This document shows positions 15,801 through 25,092 of a stretch of DNA of 60,043 bases, piece after piece. Within the stretch, counting starts at the first letter, position 1, and each line of letters begins with the position of its first letter. The notes below the pieces were generated by a model. That model was not told where the DNA came from. It searched no databases and was given only the letters and a program-made list of their open reading frames with translations. Origin of the DNA: a virus; the IMG/VR virus record IMGVR_UViG_3300020050_007391, positions 1 through 60,043 of that record, one strand, 5' to 3'. A program made the position numbers and the translations under genes.

Positions 15801-16607
15801 ATGGAAAGTAAATTTGTTCGCGTATTCGACAGCAGCGCAACAAGCGAATGCCCGGTACGAAATCACCAATTGATTATTGGCGGTCAGGTCAAGAATTTTG
15901 AGTTCAAAGAAGGTGAAGGTCTGCGCCTGCCGTTTGATATCGGCATGAAGTTCATGCAGGTTGGATTCACCGTGAAGGAAGACGATGATGATGTTGTCAT
16001 TGACCGTCCGGCAGAGACGCAAGACGCTGTTCGTTTCCAGATCGGTGAAGACGAGGTTGTCGCCCGTTATTCGGAGCTGACGACAGAATCCCTGAAACTC
16101 CGCGCAGTTACATGCCCCGGCGGCGAGAAGTTCCTTGTCCAGCCGTTTGAGCGTTCCGAGATCATCCATTTTATCAAGACGGCTTCTGCCCCTGATAATG
16201 TTGGCCATGATGAAACAATCGACGGCCTTGACGATCTTCTGGATGATGCAGAAGAGGTTGACCTTGCATCGTTGCCCGGTGCGAATGTTCCTCTGATGCC
16301 CGCCACAAAGGAAATCAACCCGGTCGCCGTTGAGGTCGAGCTGAAAATGATGACGCCTGATAAAATGACGGCAGTACCGGCGGCCAATGCTGCGGGCCTG
16401 CGTGTCGATCCTGAAATGGAAACCGCCGAGGCTCCGAAGCTTCCTGACTTTGCTTCCGACGAAGCTGCTGAGCTGACAATGAAGCTGAATGCCGATGGAA
16501 ATCTCTCGACAGCAGCAATAAGCCAGATCAAAGGCACGGGAAAAGACGGAGAAATCACGGTTGCTGACGTAAAGGCAGCCGCTAAAACAGAAGCGAAAGG
16601 CGCTTAA
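15801..16607 (+). CDS. Acidic hypothetical virion-module protein.
   Basis: Track ORF. The C-terminal KGTGKDGEITVADVKAAA resembles the GxGxxGRItkxDV motif of peripheral-subunit-binding domains. Confidence 0.55.
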   Translation: MESKFVRVFDSSATSECPVRNHQLIIGGQVKNFEFKEGEGLRLPFDIGMKFMQVGFTVKEDDDDVVIDRPAETQDAVRFQIGEDEVVARYSELTTESLKLRAVTCPGGEKFLVQPFERSEIIHFIKTASAPDNVGHDETIDGLDDLLDDAEEVDLASLPGANVPLMPATKEINPVAVEVELKMMTPDKMTAVPAANAAGLRVDPEMETAEAPKLPDFASDEAAELTMKLNADGNLSTAAISQIKGTGKDGEITVADVKAAAKTEAKGA

Positions 16608-17317
16608 TGCCGTCAATGCAGACAGCTAAACAAGTCGGAGAGAACGCCCTGCGAAACATCGGGGCGTTCCCTGCTTCTCAGTCTCAAGCTGATGAAGGTG
16701 AATTACGCACATCATTGAAATGGCTTGAAATGATGCTGAACTCGGAAGCAGGTATCAGCACGATTACCAGCTTCATTCGCGTCGTCGATATCCCTGTGGA
16801 AGCAGGTGTCGGTGATTATAATCTCACAGATTACGCCGATACTGCCGAGGCGCAGAACGTATTCAGTGTTTCGCTGGTCGATAATTACGGCAATGTCGAT
16901 CCCCTGACGATCATGTATGAGAGCCAAGGGGCAGAAGAGAACCTGAAAGACACCGGCGCACCAAAGCGGGCTGTAATCACACGCGCCGTTGAGCCGGTGT
17001 TGAAGGTTTACCCCATGCCGGTACAGTCAAACGTCGATGCTGGTCAGGTATTGCGCGTCCGTTTTCAGACATACCATGATCCAATTGACTCATCTGGCGC
17101 GGCTGACAGTGATTTACGCCTGCGTCCGTCGTGGTATCTGTGGTGTACGAAGGCTTTGGCCTATGAGCTGGGCTGTGGCCCCGTGCGACGCCTGACAGAA
17201 GCCGAACTGAACCGCCTGCGCGATGATGCTATGGTACTCAAGAACAGGCTTATGGGCCGCGATGGTCAGTACAATTCCAGTCAACCCCCAATTCAAGACC
17301 CAATGGCCGGGAGTTAA
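16607..17317 (+). CDS. Head-to-tail adaptor, P22 gp4-like (putative).
   Basis: N-terminus AKQVGENALRNIGAFPASQSQADEGELRTSLKWLEMMLNSE parallels P22 gp4 (KGDLVRAALRKLGV...MQDAVDDLEAMMAEW). The position fits. Confidence 0.5.
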   Translation: MPSMQTAKQVGENALRNIGAFPASQSQADEGELRTSLKWLEMMLNSEAGISTITSFIRVVDIPVEAGVGDYNLTDYADTAEAQNVFSVSLVDNYGNVDPLTIMYESQGAEENLKDTGAPKRAVITRAVEPVLKVYPMPVQSNVDAGQVLRVRFQTYHDPIDSSGAADSDLRLRPSWYLWCTKALAYELGCGPVRRLTEAELNRLRDDAMVLKNRLMGRDGQYNSSQPPIQDPMAGS

Positions 17318-17320
17318 GCG

Positions 17321-18847
17321 ATGGCAAGAACCCGAATAGCAGAATTTGGTCTTATTCAGAAGCTTTTGGCGTATGCAACCGTCGCCGTTTACGTTGCTGA
17401 CACAAATGGCGAAAGCACGGGCGTTCTGGCGACGCTCTATCAGGAATCAACAGGTCCGGAATCGCGCTCAAACCCTCAGACGCTTGATGAAAATGGCAAG
17501 CTGACCGTTGATTGCTGGGTTGAGGACTATGTGATGGCCGAAATCAGCAACATCACAGAGACAGCAGAGCGCAGTATCAGGAAAATTCGTGCAAATCCCG
17601 TTCAATATCCGCTGCCGGTCACGTCTGCATCGGTGAATACTGCGGATGTAGATGCCGCTGCCGCCGCTGCCGCCGCGTCTGCTGCAACGGCGACGACACA
17701 GGCCGGTATTGCGACAACACAGGCCAGTAATGCTTCCACAAGCGCATCGACGGCAACGACACAGGCGGCAACGGCCACCACGCAAGCCGGTATTGCGACC
17801 ACGCAGGCAGGAAATGCGGCGACATCTGCCGCTGCCGCCCTCGTATCACAGAATGCCGCAGAAGCAGCGTCGAATGGTATGAAATGGAGAACGCCAGTCG
17901 AGGCCAGAACAACAGGCGCTCTCCCGGCCTGTACGTATTCAAATGGTTCAAGCGGTGTCGGTGCAACACTTACCGCAAACGCGAACGGCGCTTTATCAGC
18001 ACAAGATGGTATTACTCTGGTTGCCAATGACAGGCTGGCCGTCTTTGATCAGGCGTCTACGCAGCACAACGGCATTTATGTTGTCACGCAGGTTGGCTCT
18101 GGCGGCACTCCTTGGATACTCACGCGCGCTACCGATGCAGACACATGGGACGAGCTGGTAGGGCAAGTGGTGACTGTCAAGGGCGGGACACTGTGGGCTG
18201 ACTATACGTTCATCTGCACAATCGATAGCGGCGGAACAATCGGAACAACATCAATAACATGGTCTACATTCAAGGTCGTTCTGCCTGATGGAAGCGTAAC
18301 GCTTCTCAAACTGGCTTCTAGCGTACAAACATCGCTGGTGAATGCAGACACGGCCCTACAGCCCGGGCAGGCAACAACAATTACCTTGGACACTATTAAA
18401 GCGACAACTTCTGGTACTACGGTAGATTTCACGTCGATCCCATCCGGGGTAAAGCGTGTCACGGTAAACTTCTCCGGGGTTTCAACCAACGGAACAGATG
18501 CTATTCTGGTTCAGCTTGGGGATAGTGGCGGGGTTGAGAACACTGGCTATCTTGGCGGTTGCACAACGGCTACCACAGCCACTGCAACTACAAACTATAC
18601 GGCAGGGATTGGAATCACAATAGCAGCTGGCACGAACGTCATCCACGGAAGTATCGTGTTCGCGCTTATCGATAGTGCTACCAACCTATGGGCCGCCTCT
18701 GGCGTTCTCGCAAGCTCTGACTCCGCCCGCAGTTATTACACGGCAGGGTCAAAGGCGCTTTCAGATACTCTTGATAGATTACGCATCACTACATCTGGCG
18801 GTACAAATACATTTGACGCTGGTTCGATTAACATTTCTTATGAATAA
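17321..18847 (+). CDS. Tail fibre protein with the shared N-terminal module and an Ala/Thr/Gln repeat stalk.
   Basis: N-terminus MARTRIAEF...ATLYQESTG...NPQTLDENGK, then the ATTQAG-type repeat run, then a C-terminal beta-rich domain. Confidence 0.7.
   Translation: MARTRIAEFGLIQKLLAYATVAVYVADTNGESTGVLATLYQESTGPESRSNPQTLDENGKLTVDCWVEDYVMAEISNITETAERSIRKIRANPVQYPLPVTSASVNTADVDAAAAAAAASAATATTQAGIATTQASNASTSASTATTQAATATTQAGIATTQAGNAATSAAAALVSQNAAEAASNGMKWRTPVEARTTGALPACTYSNGSSGVGATLTANANGALSAQDGITLVANDRLAVFDQASTQHNGIYVVTQVGSGGTPWILTRATDADTWDELVGQVVTVKGGTLWADYTFICTIDSGGTIGTTSITWSTFKVVLPDGSVTLLKLASSVQTSLVNADTALQPGQATTITLDTIKATTSGTTVDFTSIPSGVKRVTVNFSGVSTNGTDAILVQLGDSGGVENTGYLGGCTTATTATATTNYTAGIGITIAAGTNVIHGSIVFALIDSATNLWAASGVLASSDSARSYYTAGSKALSDTLDRLRITTSGGTNTFDAGSINISYE
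17650..17840 (+). repeat. In-frame low-complexity repeat (ATTQAGIATTQA...) inside the fibre gene.
   Basis: The translation shows ATATTQAGIATTQASNASTSASTATTQAATATTQAGIATTQAGNAATSAAAA. Confidence 0.8.
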
Positions 18848-18863
18848 AATAAATGGAGGTTCA

Positions 18864-19490
18864 ATGTTTGGATCGTTTCTCATTCTTCTTATCTGTGGCG
18901 CTCTTTATCTGATCAAAGGTGGTCAGCATCGATCATTCAGGCTTTATCTTGAGCATAAGGCAGGGATCGAACACGACGCGTCAGGTCATCCGATTGGCGG
19001 CTTGTCAATTCCTCAATGGCTGGTACACAGGCTTATGGACGGCAAGTCACTGTCAGGCATGTTGTTTGCTGTTCTCTACATGATCGTCGCTTCGGATTAC
19101 GGTTTTGTGCCGTTCCTGTTTGCCATGGCTATGTGGCTGGCTGCCGTATCACCGAAGATGGGCCGTATTGTCGGGAAGATTGGCGGTTTTAAAGGTAACT
19201 GGGATGAAAATGAGCAACAGTACCCCAGCGCCGACGACACTGACATGAAGATGATGCTGGAAGGATGGAAAGACGGCATCATTCGTGGCGTTTATATGGG
19301 AGCTTGTATGGCTGTACTATTCGACGATACAAGCCTGATCTGGTTCGGCGCTCTGTACCCGGCGACAGCTTTTGTTGGGACGTCAATTGAACAGTGGAGA
19401 AGCAAGATTGTAGCGGCACCGTGGGTTATCCATGAGGGAATCTGTGGTGTTGCCTGCTTTGGATTAGGAATAGCCTTGTCAACAATGTAA
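18864..19490 (+). CDS. Polytopic membrane protein of unknown role at the head of the lysis cassette.
   Basis: ATG at 18864 follows GGAGG. Several hydrophobic helices are visible (FLILLICGALYLI, MLFAVLYMIVA, FVPFLFAMAMWLAAV, GVYMGACMAVLF, ICGVACFGLGIAL). Confidence 0.6.
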   Translation: MFGSFLILLICGALYLIKGGQHRSFRLYLEHKAGIEHDASGHPIGGLSIPQWLVHRLMDGKSLSGMLFAVLYMIVASDYGFVPFLFAMAMWLAAVSPKMGRIVGKIGGFKGNWDENEQQYPSADDTDMKMMLEGWKDGIIRGVYMGACMAVLFDDTSLIWFGALYPATAFVGTSIEQWRSKIVAAPWVIHEGICGVACFGLGIALSTM

Positions 19491-19507
19491 TTACTATAGG
19501 TGAGAAA

Positions 19508-19756
19508 ATGGCACCAATCGACATTTCAGGTCTTACAGAATACGGGATTGCCGGGATACTGCTTCTGGTGATCTTCGCAGGTGGAGCGTTCGTTTGCAGA
19601 TGGTTCATGGATGCTTTCAAGGAGTGCCATAATTCTACAAAGGCAGCTATTGAGAAAAGCGACAAGGTTCACTTAGAGGTATCGGAAAAAGTATCTGCTT
19701 CCATCAATACCCTTTCCATCGCAGTCGCAAAGCTGGAGGTAAAGCTGGATAAATGA
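19508..19756 (+). CDS. Holin candidate.
   Basis: 82 aa with one clear TM helix (YGIAGILLLVIFAGGAFVCRWF) and a charged C-terminus. It lies immediately upstream of, and overlaps, the endolysin gene. Confidence 0.5.
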   Translation: MAPIDISGLTEYGIAGILLLVIFAGGAFVCRWFMDAFKECHNSTKAAIEKSDKVHLEVSEKVSASINTLSIAVAKLEVKLDK

Positions 19757-20214
19757 AGAGAAAATCGACGAAGTTTATCGTTATTCACTGCTCCGCGACG
19801 CCTCCTAGCATGGATATAGGCGTTGAAACCCTGCGCGAATGGCACAAGAAGAATGGATGGTCAGACGTTGGCTACCACATCATCATCAGGCGCGATGGAA
19901 CCGTACAGGAGGGCCGCCCGATTGATAATCAGGGCGCACACGTCGCCGGATACAACCATACCAGCATCGGAATTGTCATGATTGGCGGTGTTGGAGAGAA
20001 CGGCAAGGCCGAGAATAACTTCACCCCGGCACAATTCCGGGCATTGTCACGAGAGGTTAAGGGCTATCGCGCCAAATATCCGGGCGCTCATGTTCTCGGG
20101 CACCGCGACCTTTCCCCTGATCTGAACGGCGATGGCAAGATTACATCGAACGAATGGATCAAGGAATGCCCGTCGTTTGACGTATCAAAATGGATGAGAG
20201 AGGAAAAAATATGA
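19753..20214 (+). CDS. Endolysin, N-acetylmuramoyl-L-alanine amidase (Amidase_2 / T7 lysozyme-like).
   Basis: FIVIHCSATPP...GWSDVGYHIIIRRDGTVQEGRP...GAHVAGYNHTSIGIVMIGG is the classic Amidase_2/PGRP pattern. Confidence 0.9.
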   Translation: MKRKSTKFIVIHCSATPPSMDIGVETLREWHKKNGWSDVGYHIIIRRDGTVQEGRPIDNQGAHVAGYNHTSIGIVMIGGVGENGKAENNFTPAQFRALSREVKGYRAKYPGAHVLGHRDLSPDLNGDGKITSNEWIKECPSFDVSKWMREEKI

Positions 20215-20531
20215 TCCCCTTACCACCACAGGCGCAGGCATTTATTCTCAAATATGTTGCGATTCCTTTGGTGCTTGCCGTGGTTATACTTCTGGCCGTC
20301 TGGGCTGTTGATCGACACATACGCAAGGACGAACGGAAAAGATGCGACGCTGAATACGCAGAGCTTGCGAAACAGGCAGATGAGAAGGCACAGAAGAAGA
20401 TAACGGAGGTCAGGAATGACTATAAAAAGATCGATAAAGACATGCCTGCTGGGGACGGGAAAGATTATCCTGCCCCTGCTGTTGATTACGTCATTGACCG
20501 CCTGCGAGAGCGTTTTCATCACGACGAATGA
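20211..20531 (+). CDS. i-spanin (Rz-like).
   Basis: ATG at 20211 overlaps the endolysin stop as ATGA. There is an N-terminal TM helix (AIPLVLAVVILLAVWAV) followed by a charged helical periplasmic part. Confidence 0.7.
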   Translation: MIPLPPQAQAFILKYVAIPLVLAVVILLAVWAVDRHIRKDERKRCDAEYAELAKQADEKAQKKITEVRNDYKKIDKDMPAGDGKDYPAPAVDYVIDRLRERFHHDE

Positions 20532-20667
20532 CCGGGCCAATCAGTGCGTTCACCCGTACTATCCACGCCCTCCTTACACTGACCAGACGAGGGCAAAACT
20601 GATTTTAGACTACGCCGAGGCGGTCGATACGTGCCGCGCTCTTCTAGGACATGAGGTAAACACATGA
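20416..20667 (+). CDS. o-spanin (Rz1-like lipoprotein), overlapped architecture.
   Basis: Starts in another frame inside the i-spanin gene and extends past it. GGAGG RBS, lipobox LLLITSLTAC with Cys30, and a Pro-rich mature part. Confidence 0.7.
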   Translation: MTIKRSIKTCLLGTGKIILPLLLITSLTACESVFITTNDRANQCVHPYYPRPPYTDQTRAKLILDYAEAVDTCRALLGHEVNT

Positions 20668-21086
20668 CAAGCTCAAGGACAGCGGTTCAGGATTTCAGCA
20701 CATCGAATAAGCTGTATGTGAATGCAGTCGTCACTTTCTACACCGTACTAAATGGTGAGAAGACGGCCCAGCTTGCAGATGTTTACTCGACGCTGACGGG
20801 TAGCCAGAAACTGGCAAACCCCCAAACGCTGGACAGCTACGGTAAATTCAAGCAGCCGTGCTATATCGAGGAAGCTGTAATCATGACGGTTACAGGGCTT
20901 GGTAATACGCCTGATCACGACACTGGCGTTGTTGGCCTTCCTGTCATTATCAATGGGAATGGCTCTCCGGAAGGCGTTGTCACAGCAGGAATTGGCTCTC
21001 TTTATACACGCCTTGACGGCGGCGCGAACACAACCCTGTACGTCAAGGAATCTGGAACCGGATCGTCTGGGTGGGTGGCAAAATGA
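20664..21086 (+). CDS. Short fibre-like protein carrying the shared N-terminal module.
   Basis: ADVYSTLTGSQKLANPQTLDSYGK module. The C-terminal GSPEGVVTAGIGSLYTRLDGGANTTLYVKESGTGSSGW is a motif common at phage fibre ends. Confidence 0.6.
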   Translation: MTSSRTAVQDFSTSNKLYVNAVVTFYTVLNGEKTAQLADVYSTLTGSQKLANPQTLDSYGKFKQPCYIEEAVIMTVTGLGNTPDHDTGVVGLPVIINGNGSPEGVVTAGIGSLYTRLDGGANTTLYVKESGTGSSGWVAK

Positions 21087-21166
21087 AGCTGTGTGTTACC
21101 TGCAAGATTCAAAGATAACGCAGAACTCTTAGTTTCTGCATTAATTTACCTCGAAGGGGTGGCAAA

Positions 21167-23059
21167 ATGACACGACGCATTGCAGAATTTGATATCTGGA
21201 GGCCGGGTTATGGTGGTGCGGTTGTATCTGTCCTTCTTCCCGGCACAACCACGCTGGCGTCACTGTTTCTTGATGAAGACCTGACTGAACCGGCTGATAA
21301 CCCGCAGACACTTTCATCGAAGGCTCACCCTGATGGTACGTCATTTGGCAAGTTTGATGCCCCGCTCTATATCGGAACATCATATTACCTGAGCATCGAT
21401 GGAATTGAGACAACCGGAATCGTCCGTCCACCGTTCTCTACACTCACGGGAGAGGATGCCAGCGAGGCGACGGTGAAGGCCGACGGATCAAACCATGCAG
21501 TTACACTGTCAGATTATCTGTCTCAGACTGTTAATGTGAAGAACTACGGTAGCTTTGTGGCTGGTGGTGGCGGTGTCGCTGCTACAAATACGTCCACGAT
21601 GGAGCTTGCAATCGCTGCCCTCACGAATGGCGGTGAAGTTTACGTACCTCCGGGAACATACAATATCAACGACTTCGAGATACCAGAGGGCGTTGTAATC
21701 CGAGGGGCTGGCAGGGAAGCAACGACGCTCAAGAGCGTCATGGGTGCCGTCAGTTTCACGCTGGTTGGTTCCAGAGCTGGTTTCAAGGACATCACATTGG
21801 ATGGAGACACGCTATCGACAAACAGCGTCGGCGTTCGATCTGTCGGAAACAATGAGACTGTATTTTCCTCCGTCATGGTCAGGAGATTCGAGACTGGCCT
21901 GCACTTCCTCGGTGGTAAAGGCCATGTTTGGAATGACCTTTCCATTGAGAACACAGACACTGGCGCAAAGCTTCACGGCGATCTGAATGCTGGTGGCGGC
22001 GGTGGCGGGGCTGCTTTTGAAGACATTATATGGACAGGCGGCCTTGTCAGTGTCGCAACTGTGATTGGCGTGTCACTTTCATACGAAGACAGTGTATGCC
22101 ACAACATTAATATTTCAGGCGTAGGGTTTGAGCTTTGCGTTGGCACCGCACTCGACATAAACGGGGCGCAAGAAATGCGCTTTGAAGGCTGCTGGTGGGA
22201 TACGAATACGAAAAACATCAATATTCAAGACGATACGGCACCTCTTACACCGGCGACACAGCAGAATAACGACGTTTATATTGTCCGGTTCGAGAATGGC
22301 CGCATGTTCGGCGGTGAATTGGAGTTCACAGGCACAGCGCAGGACGTTGTATTCAAGAATATGAAGCTTGAAGACGTTGATTTCACCCTGAGTACGCCAC
22401 TTTTGAACCTGATCCTGCTGGAAGACTGTTTCGAAGACGACAATGTGACGATTACGGGCGAAACAACCAAGCTATTGCGGTCCACAACGTCAAAGAATGG
22501 AGCTTCATTTGGCGTGACCACAGGGAATGCCGCCACGAAGGCGTGGAGCTATAGCCTTGTTCCGGGCCAGCTTGTGTATCTTGTCGCAAAAGTCCTTGGC
22601 GTCGGCAGAAACGTGGCGCAGAGAGGCATGTATCATGTAGGATGCGGCGCATATCGTCCCGGATCGACCCTCGGTTACGACACCCAGACTGCAAACTTCA
22701 CTGCCGGTCGCACAGTGACTGGACAGTCAAGCGGAGCAACGGCCATGATTCAGGCCGACAGCGACAGCGGCACTACCGGAACATTGACGCTGATCAATAT
22801 TGATGGAGAGTTCCTTGATAACGAGATCATCATAGATGATAACGGATCTCCGGGAAGCGCAACAGTAAACGGTACGTTGAGTCACCAGAACGTATCCCTC
22901 GATACGGTCGGAAACATAAACTTGAGAACAGCATACGAGACAAACGCGAACTGGGCTGCGGTGTTTGCTGCTAACGGTGCAGAGGTTGAACTGCGTGTGA
23001 CTGGTGATACAAGCCAGACGGTAGAATGGACTGTTCATGTTGACGTGGTGGCCAACTGA
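21167..23059 (+). CDS. Tailspike with a right-handed beta-helix (pectate-lyase-like) domain, a likely polysaccharide depolymerase.
   Basis: Shared N-terminal module (MTRRIAEF...DNPQTLSS), then NTSTMELAIAALTNGGEVYVPPGTYNINDFEIPEGVVIRGAGREATTLKS, typical of Pectate_lyase_3-type spikes. Confidence 0.75.
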   Translation: MTRRIAEFDIWRPGYGGAVVSVLLPGTTTLASLFLDEDLTEPADNPQTLSSKAHPDGTSFGKFDAPLYIGTSYYLSIDGIETTGIVRPPFSTLTGEDASEATVKADGSNHAVTLSDYLSQTVNVKNYGSFVAGGGGVAATNTSTMELAIAALTNGGEVYVPPGTYNINDFEIPEGVVIRGAGREATTLKSVMGAVSFTLVGSRAGFKDITLDGDTLSTNSVGVRSVGNNETVFSSVMVRRFETGLHFLGGKGHVWNDLSIENTDTGAKLHGDLNAGGGGGGAAFEDIIWTGGLVSVATVIGVSLSYEDSVCHNINISGVGFELCVGTALDINGAQEMRFEGCWWDTNTKNINIQDDTAPLTPATQQNNDVYIVRFENGRMFGGELEFTGTAQDVVFKNMKLEDVDFTLSTPLLNLILLEDCFEDDNVTITGETTKLLRSTTSKNGASFGVTTGNAATKAWSYSLVPGQLVYLVAKVLGVGRNVAQRGMYHVGCGAYRPGSTLGYDTQTANFTAGRTVTGQSSGATAMIQADSDSGTTGTLTLINIDGEFLDNEIIIDDNGSPGSATVNGTLSHQNVSLDTVGNINLRTAYETNANWAAVFAANGAEVELRVTGDTSQTVEWTVHVDVVAN

Positions 23060-24477
23060 TGGGCGACTGGATTGACATTGAGCTGAATAAAAAGCTCTTC
23101 AAGAACGTGGATGAAAGTGCCTTAACCAGCACGTTCGCGGCCTTGGAGAACTGCTTTGTCACAGAATCCAATGGAATTTCTCGTTTCCCCGGCCTGAAAG
23201 AGTTTGTTGATGTTGGCGGCAGCGGTGAATTGCACATGAGCCGTCAGGGTAATGATATGATCGCCGTCAGTACGGATGGAAGATCATTCAAGATAGATAA
23301 GAATGGCCTGTATTCAGCTATTGAAGGTACGCCAGTGCTTGGCGGTGACAGGTGTTCTTTCGCCCGCACGCGTGACGGTCTGATGATGGGTGCCGGTGCC
23401 CAGATCATTAAATACGACGGGCAGAAGAACTCCGTTTTGAGTGCTGATGCACCGCTTTCCTCATTTGTCGGATATCTTGATGGCTATGTTATGGCCGTCG
23501 AGAAAGACAGCGGAAGATTCCAGTACTCTGAGCCAAATAACTTCAAGAGCTGGCCGGGATTGAACACATTTGGCGTTGACGGAAACCCAGACAATATCAA
23601 TGCCATGCTGATTACGCCTTTCAATGAGATACTTTTCAGCGGTGAGGAGAGCATCGAGCAATATGAAAGGTACGTCGGCGCTCAGGTTCCATTCTTCCGT
23701 CGTTGGTCAACAGGTGACGGTATCAGTGAGCCATGGACATTCTGCTACGCTGACAATGCTGCATGGGGCCTTAACTCGAAATATGAGTTCGTGCGCCTCT
23801 CAGGTCAAACAAGCCAGAGCGTTTCTGACGACATACAGAAAGAGATAGAATACAGGTACAGCTTCGATAACATCGGAAGCCTAGATAAATCGTGGGCCGC
23901 GCCAGCCTATATCAAAGGCCAGAAATTAATAATATTTCAAGCCCCGGAAGCGACAAACTTCTACGGGACAAAAGGATTTACGGCGGTCTTCGATATTCGC
24001 CGTGGACAATGGTTTGAGATATTTGGCTGGGATCAGGATAATGGAGTACCGACATTGTGGCCCGGTCGCTCTGTCTTCATGATCTGGGGAAAAACATTTG
24101 TCGGCGGCAAGGGTAAGATTTACCAGCTATCCCCTGAAACCTATAACAATGACGGTCAAGTCCAGCGTTCTTATATCCGCACTGCCCATTTTGATAATCT
24201 TGGCACAATCAGGATAGAGCGCGTCAAAATGACGATCAAACGTGGTGTCGGAACGTATGAAGTCAATCCAAAAATAATGTTCAGGAGCAATCCTGATAAA
24301 AAGGGATTCGGTAATACCCAGACAAGAGAGCTGGGAAAAACAGGCAATGATATCATGGATATAGAGTTCGGATCGCAGGGCATCGCTGATACGTGGCAAT
24401 TCGAGCTTGCCGTGACTGATGATTGCGAGTTCGAGCTGCGACGGCTACAAGTCGAAATTTCCAAGGTGGTGCGGTAA
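23059..24477 (+). CDS. Tail hub protein, P22 gp10-like (putative).
   Basis: 472 aa. The position between spike and needle fits, and the N-terminus ...NGISRFPGLKEFVDVGG... resembles the 'phage stabilisation protein' family. Confidence 0.4.
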   Translation: MGDWIDIELNKKLFKNVDESALTSTFAALENCFVTESNGISRFPGLKEFVDVGGSGELHMSRQGNDMIAVSTDGRSFKIDKNGLYSAIEGTPVLGGDRCSFARTRDGLMMGAGAQIIKYDGQKNSVLSADAPLSSFVGYLDGYVMAVEKDSGRFQYSEPNNFKSWPGLNTFGVDGNPDNINAMLITPFNEILFSGEESIEQYERYVGAQVPFFRRWSTGDGISEPWTFCYADNAAWGLNSKYEFVRLSGQTSQSVSDDIQKEIEYRYSFDNIGSLDKSWAAPAYIKGQKLIIFQAPEATNFYGTKGFTAVFDIRRGQWFEIFGWDQDNGVPTLWPGRSVFMIWGKTFVGGKGKIYQLSPETYNNDGQVQRSYIRTAHFDNLGTIRIERVKMTIKRGVGTYEVNPKIMFRSNPDKKGFGNTQTRELGKTGNDIMDIEFGSQGIADTWQFELAVTDDCEFELRRLQVEISKVVR

Positions 24478-25091
24478 TGTCAGACGATAATACAGATACC
24501 GATATACCTATCCCGAGAACGCTGGAAACGCCTCCACGTTCGACCGGCAACGCCCAGCAGGATTACCCGGTTCTGGTCGATTACATCTATCGGACATATC
24601 AGGTTATCAAAGAATCTGTCGATTATATTAACGCCCAGATATCCGGCGGCGATATCGATTTTGACACGTCAAACCTGCCGAATCCTGAGACATCCACCGT
24701 GGCACAGGCCCAAAAAACGGCCAATGAGGCATTTATTTTAGCCTCTCAGGCCAAGGATACGGCTGAGGCGGCACAGACAAATGTTACCAGTCTTACGTCT
24801 ACAGTTACCGCGCTGCAAACCAGTCTTAATGACTTCATCGCCAGCTTTGTATCTGGAACCGTTAATATTGCCGATGCCAACACATCCGCGACTGTAAACT
24901 TTGGCGTTGCCCAGCCGGATACAAATTACAGAGTCATAATTCAGCCTATTTCTGTAGTCGCTTCGCCAGCGTCAGGGGCGTTTACAATTCGCACAAAAAC
25001 ATATGGAACTAGCAGTTTTTCGTTTACAATAGTGGCAGCTCCCGGAGTGGGAAATACTGTTACTTATGAGTGGCAACTTGTGAGAAATTAG
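24477..25091 (+). CDS. Tail needle / plug candidate (gp26-like).
   Basis: ATG at 24477 overlaps the upstream TAA. The central segment is heptad-like (AQAQKTANEAFILASQAKDTAEAAQTNVTSLTSTVTALQTSLNDF), with a small C-terminal beta domain. Confidence 0.4.
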   Translation: MSDDNTDTDIPIPRTLETPPRSTGNAQQDYPVLVDYIYRTYQVIKESVDYINAQISGGDIDFDTSNLPNPETSTVAQAQKTANEAFILASQAKDTAEAAQTNVTSLTSTVTALQTSLNDFIASFVSGTVNIADANTSATVNFGVAQPDTNYRVIIQPISVVASPASGAFTIRTKTYGTSSFSFTIVAAPGVGNTVTYEWQLVRN

Positions 25092-25092
25092 G

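Noticed and set aside
15687-16616. A 309-aa minus-strand ORF opposite 15801..16607.
   Set aside because: It is antisense to a gene that sits in frame-coupled structural context. Its translation is Cys/Arg/Phe-rich with no motifs.
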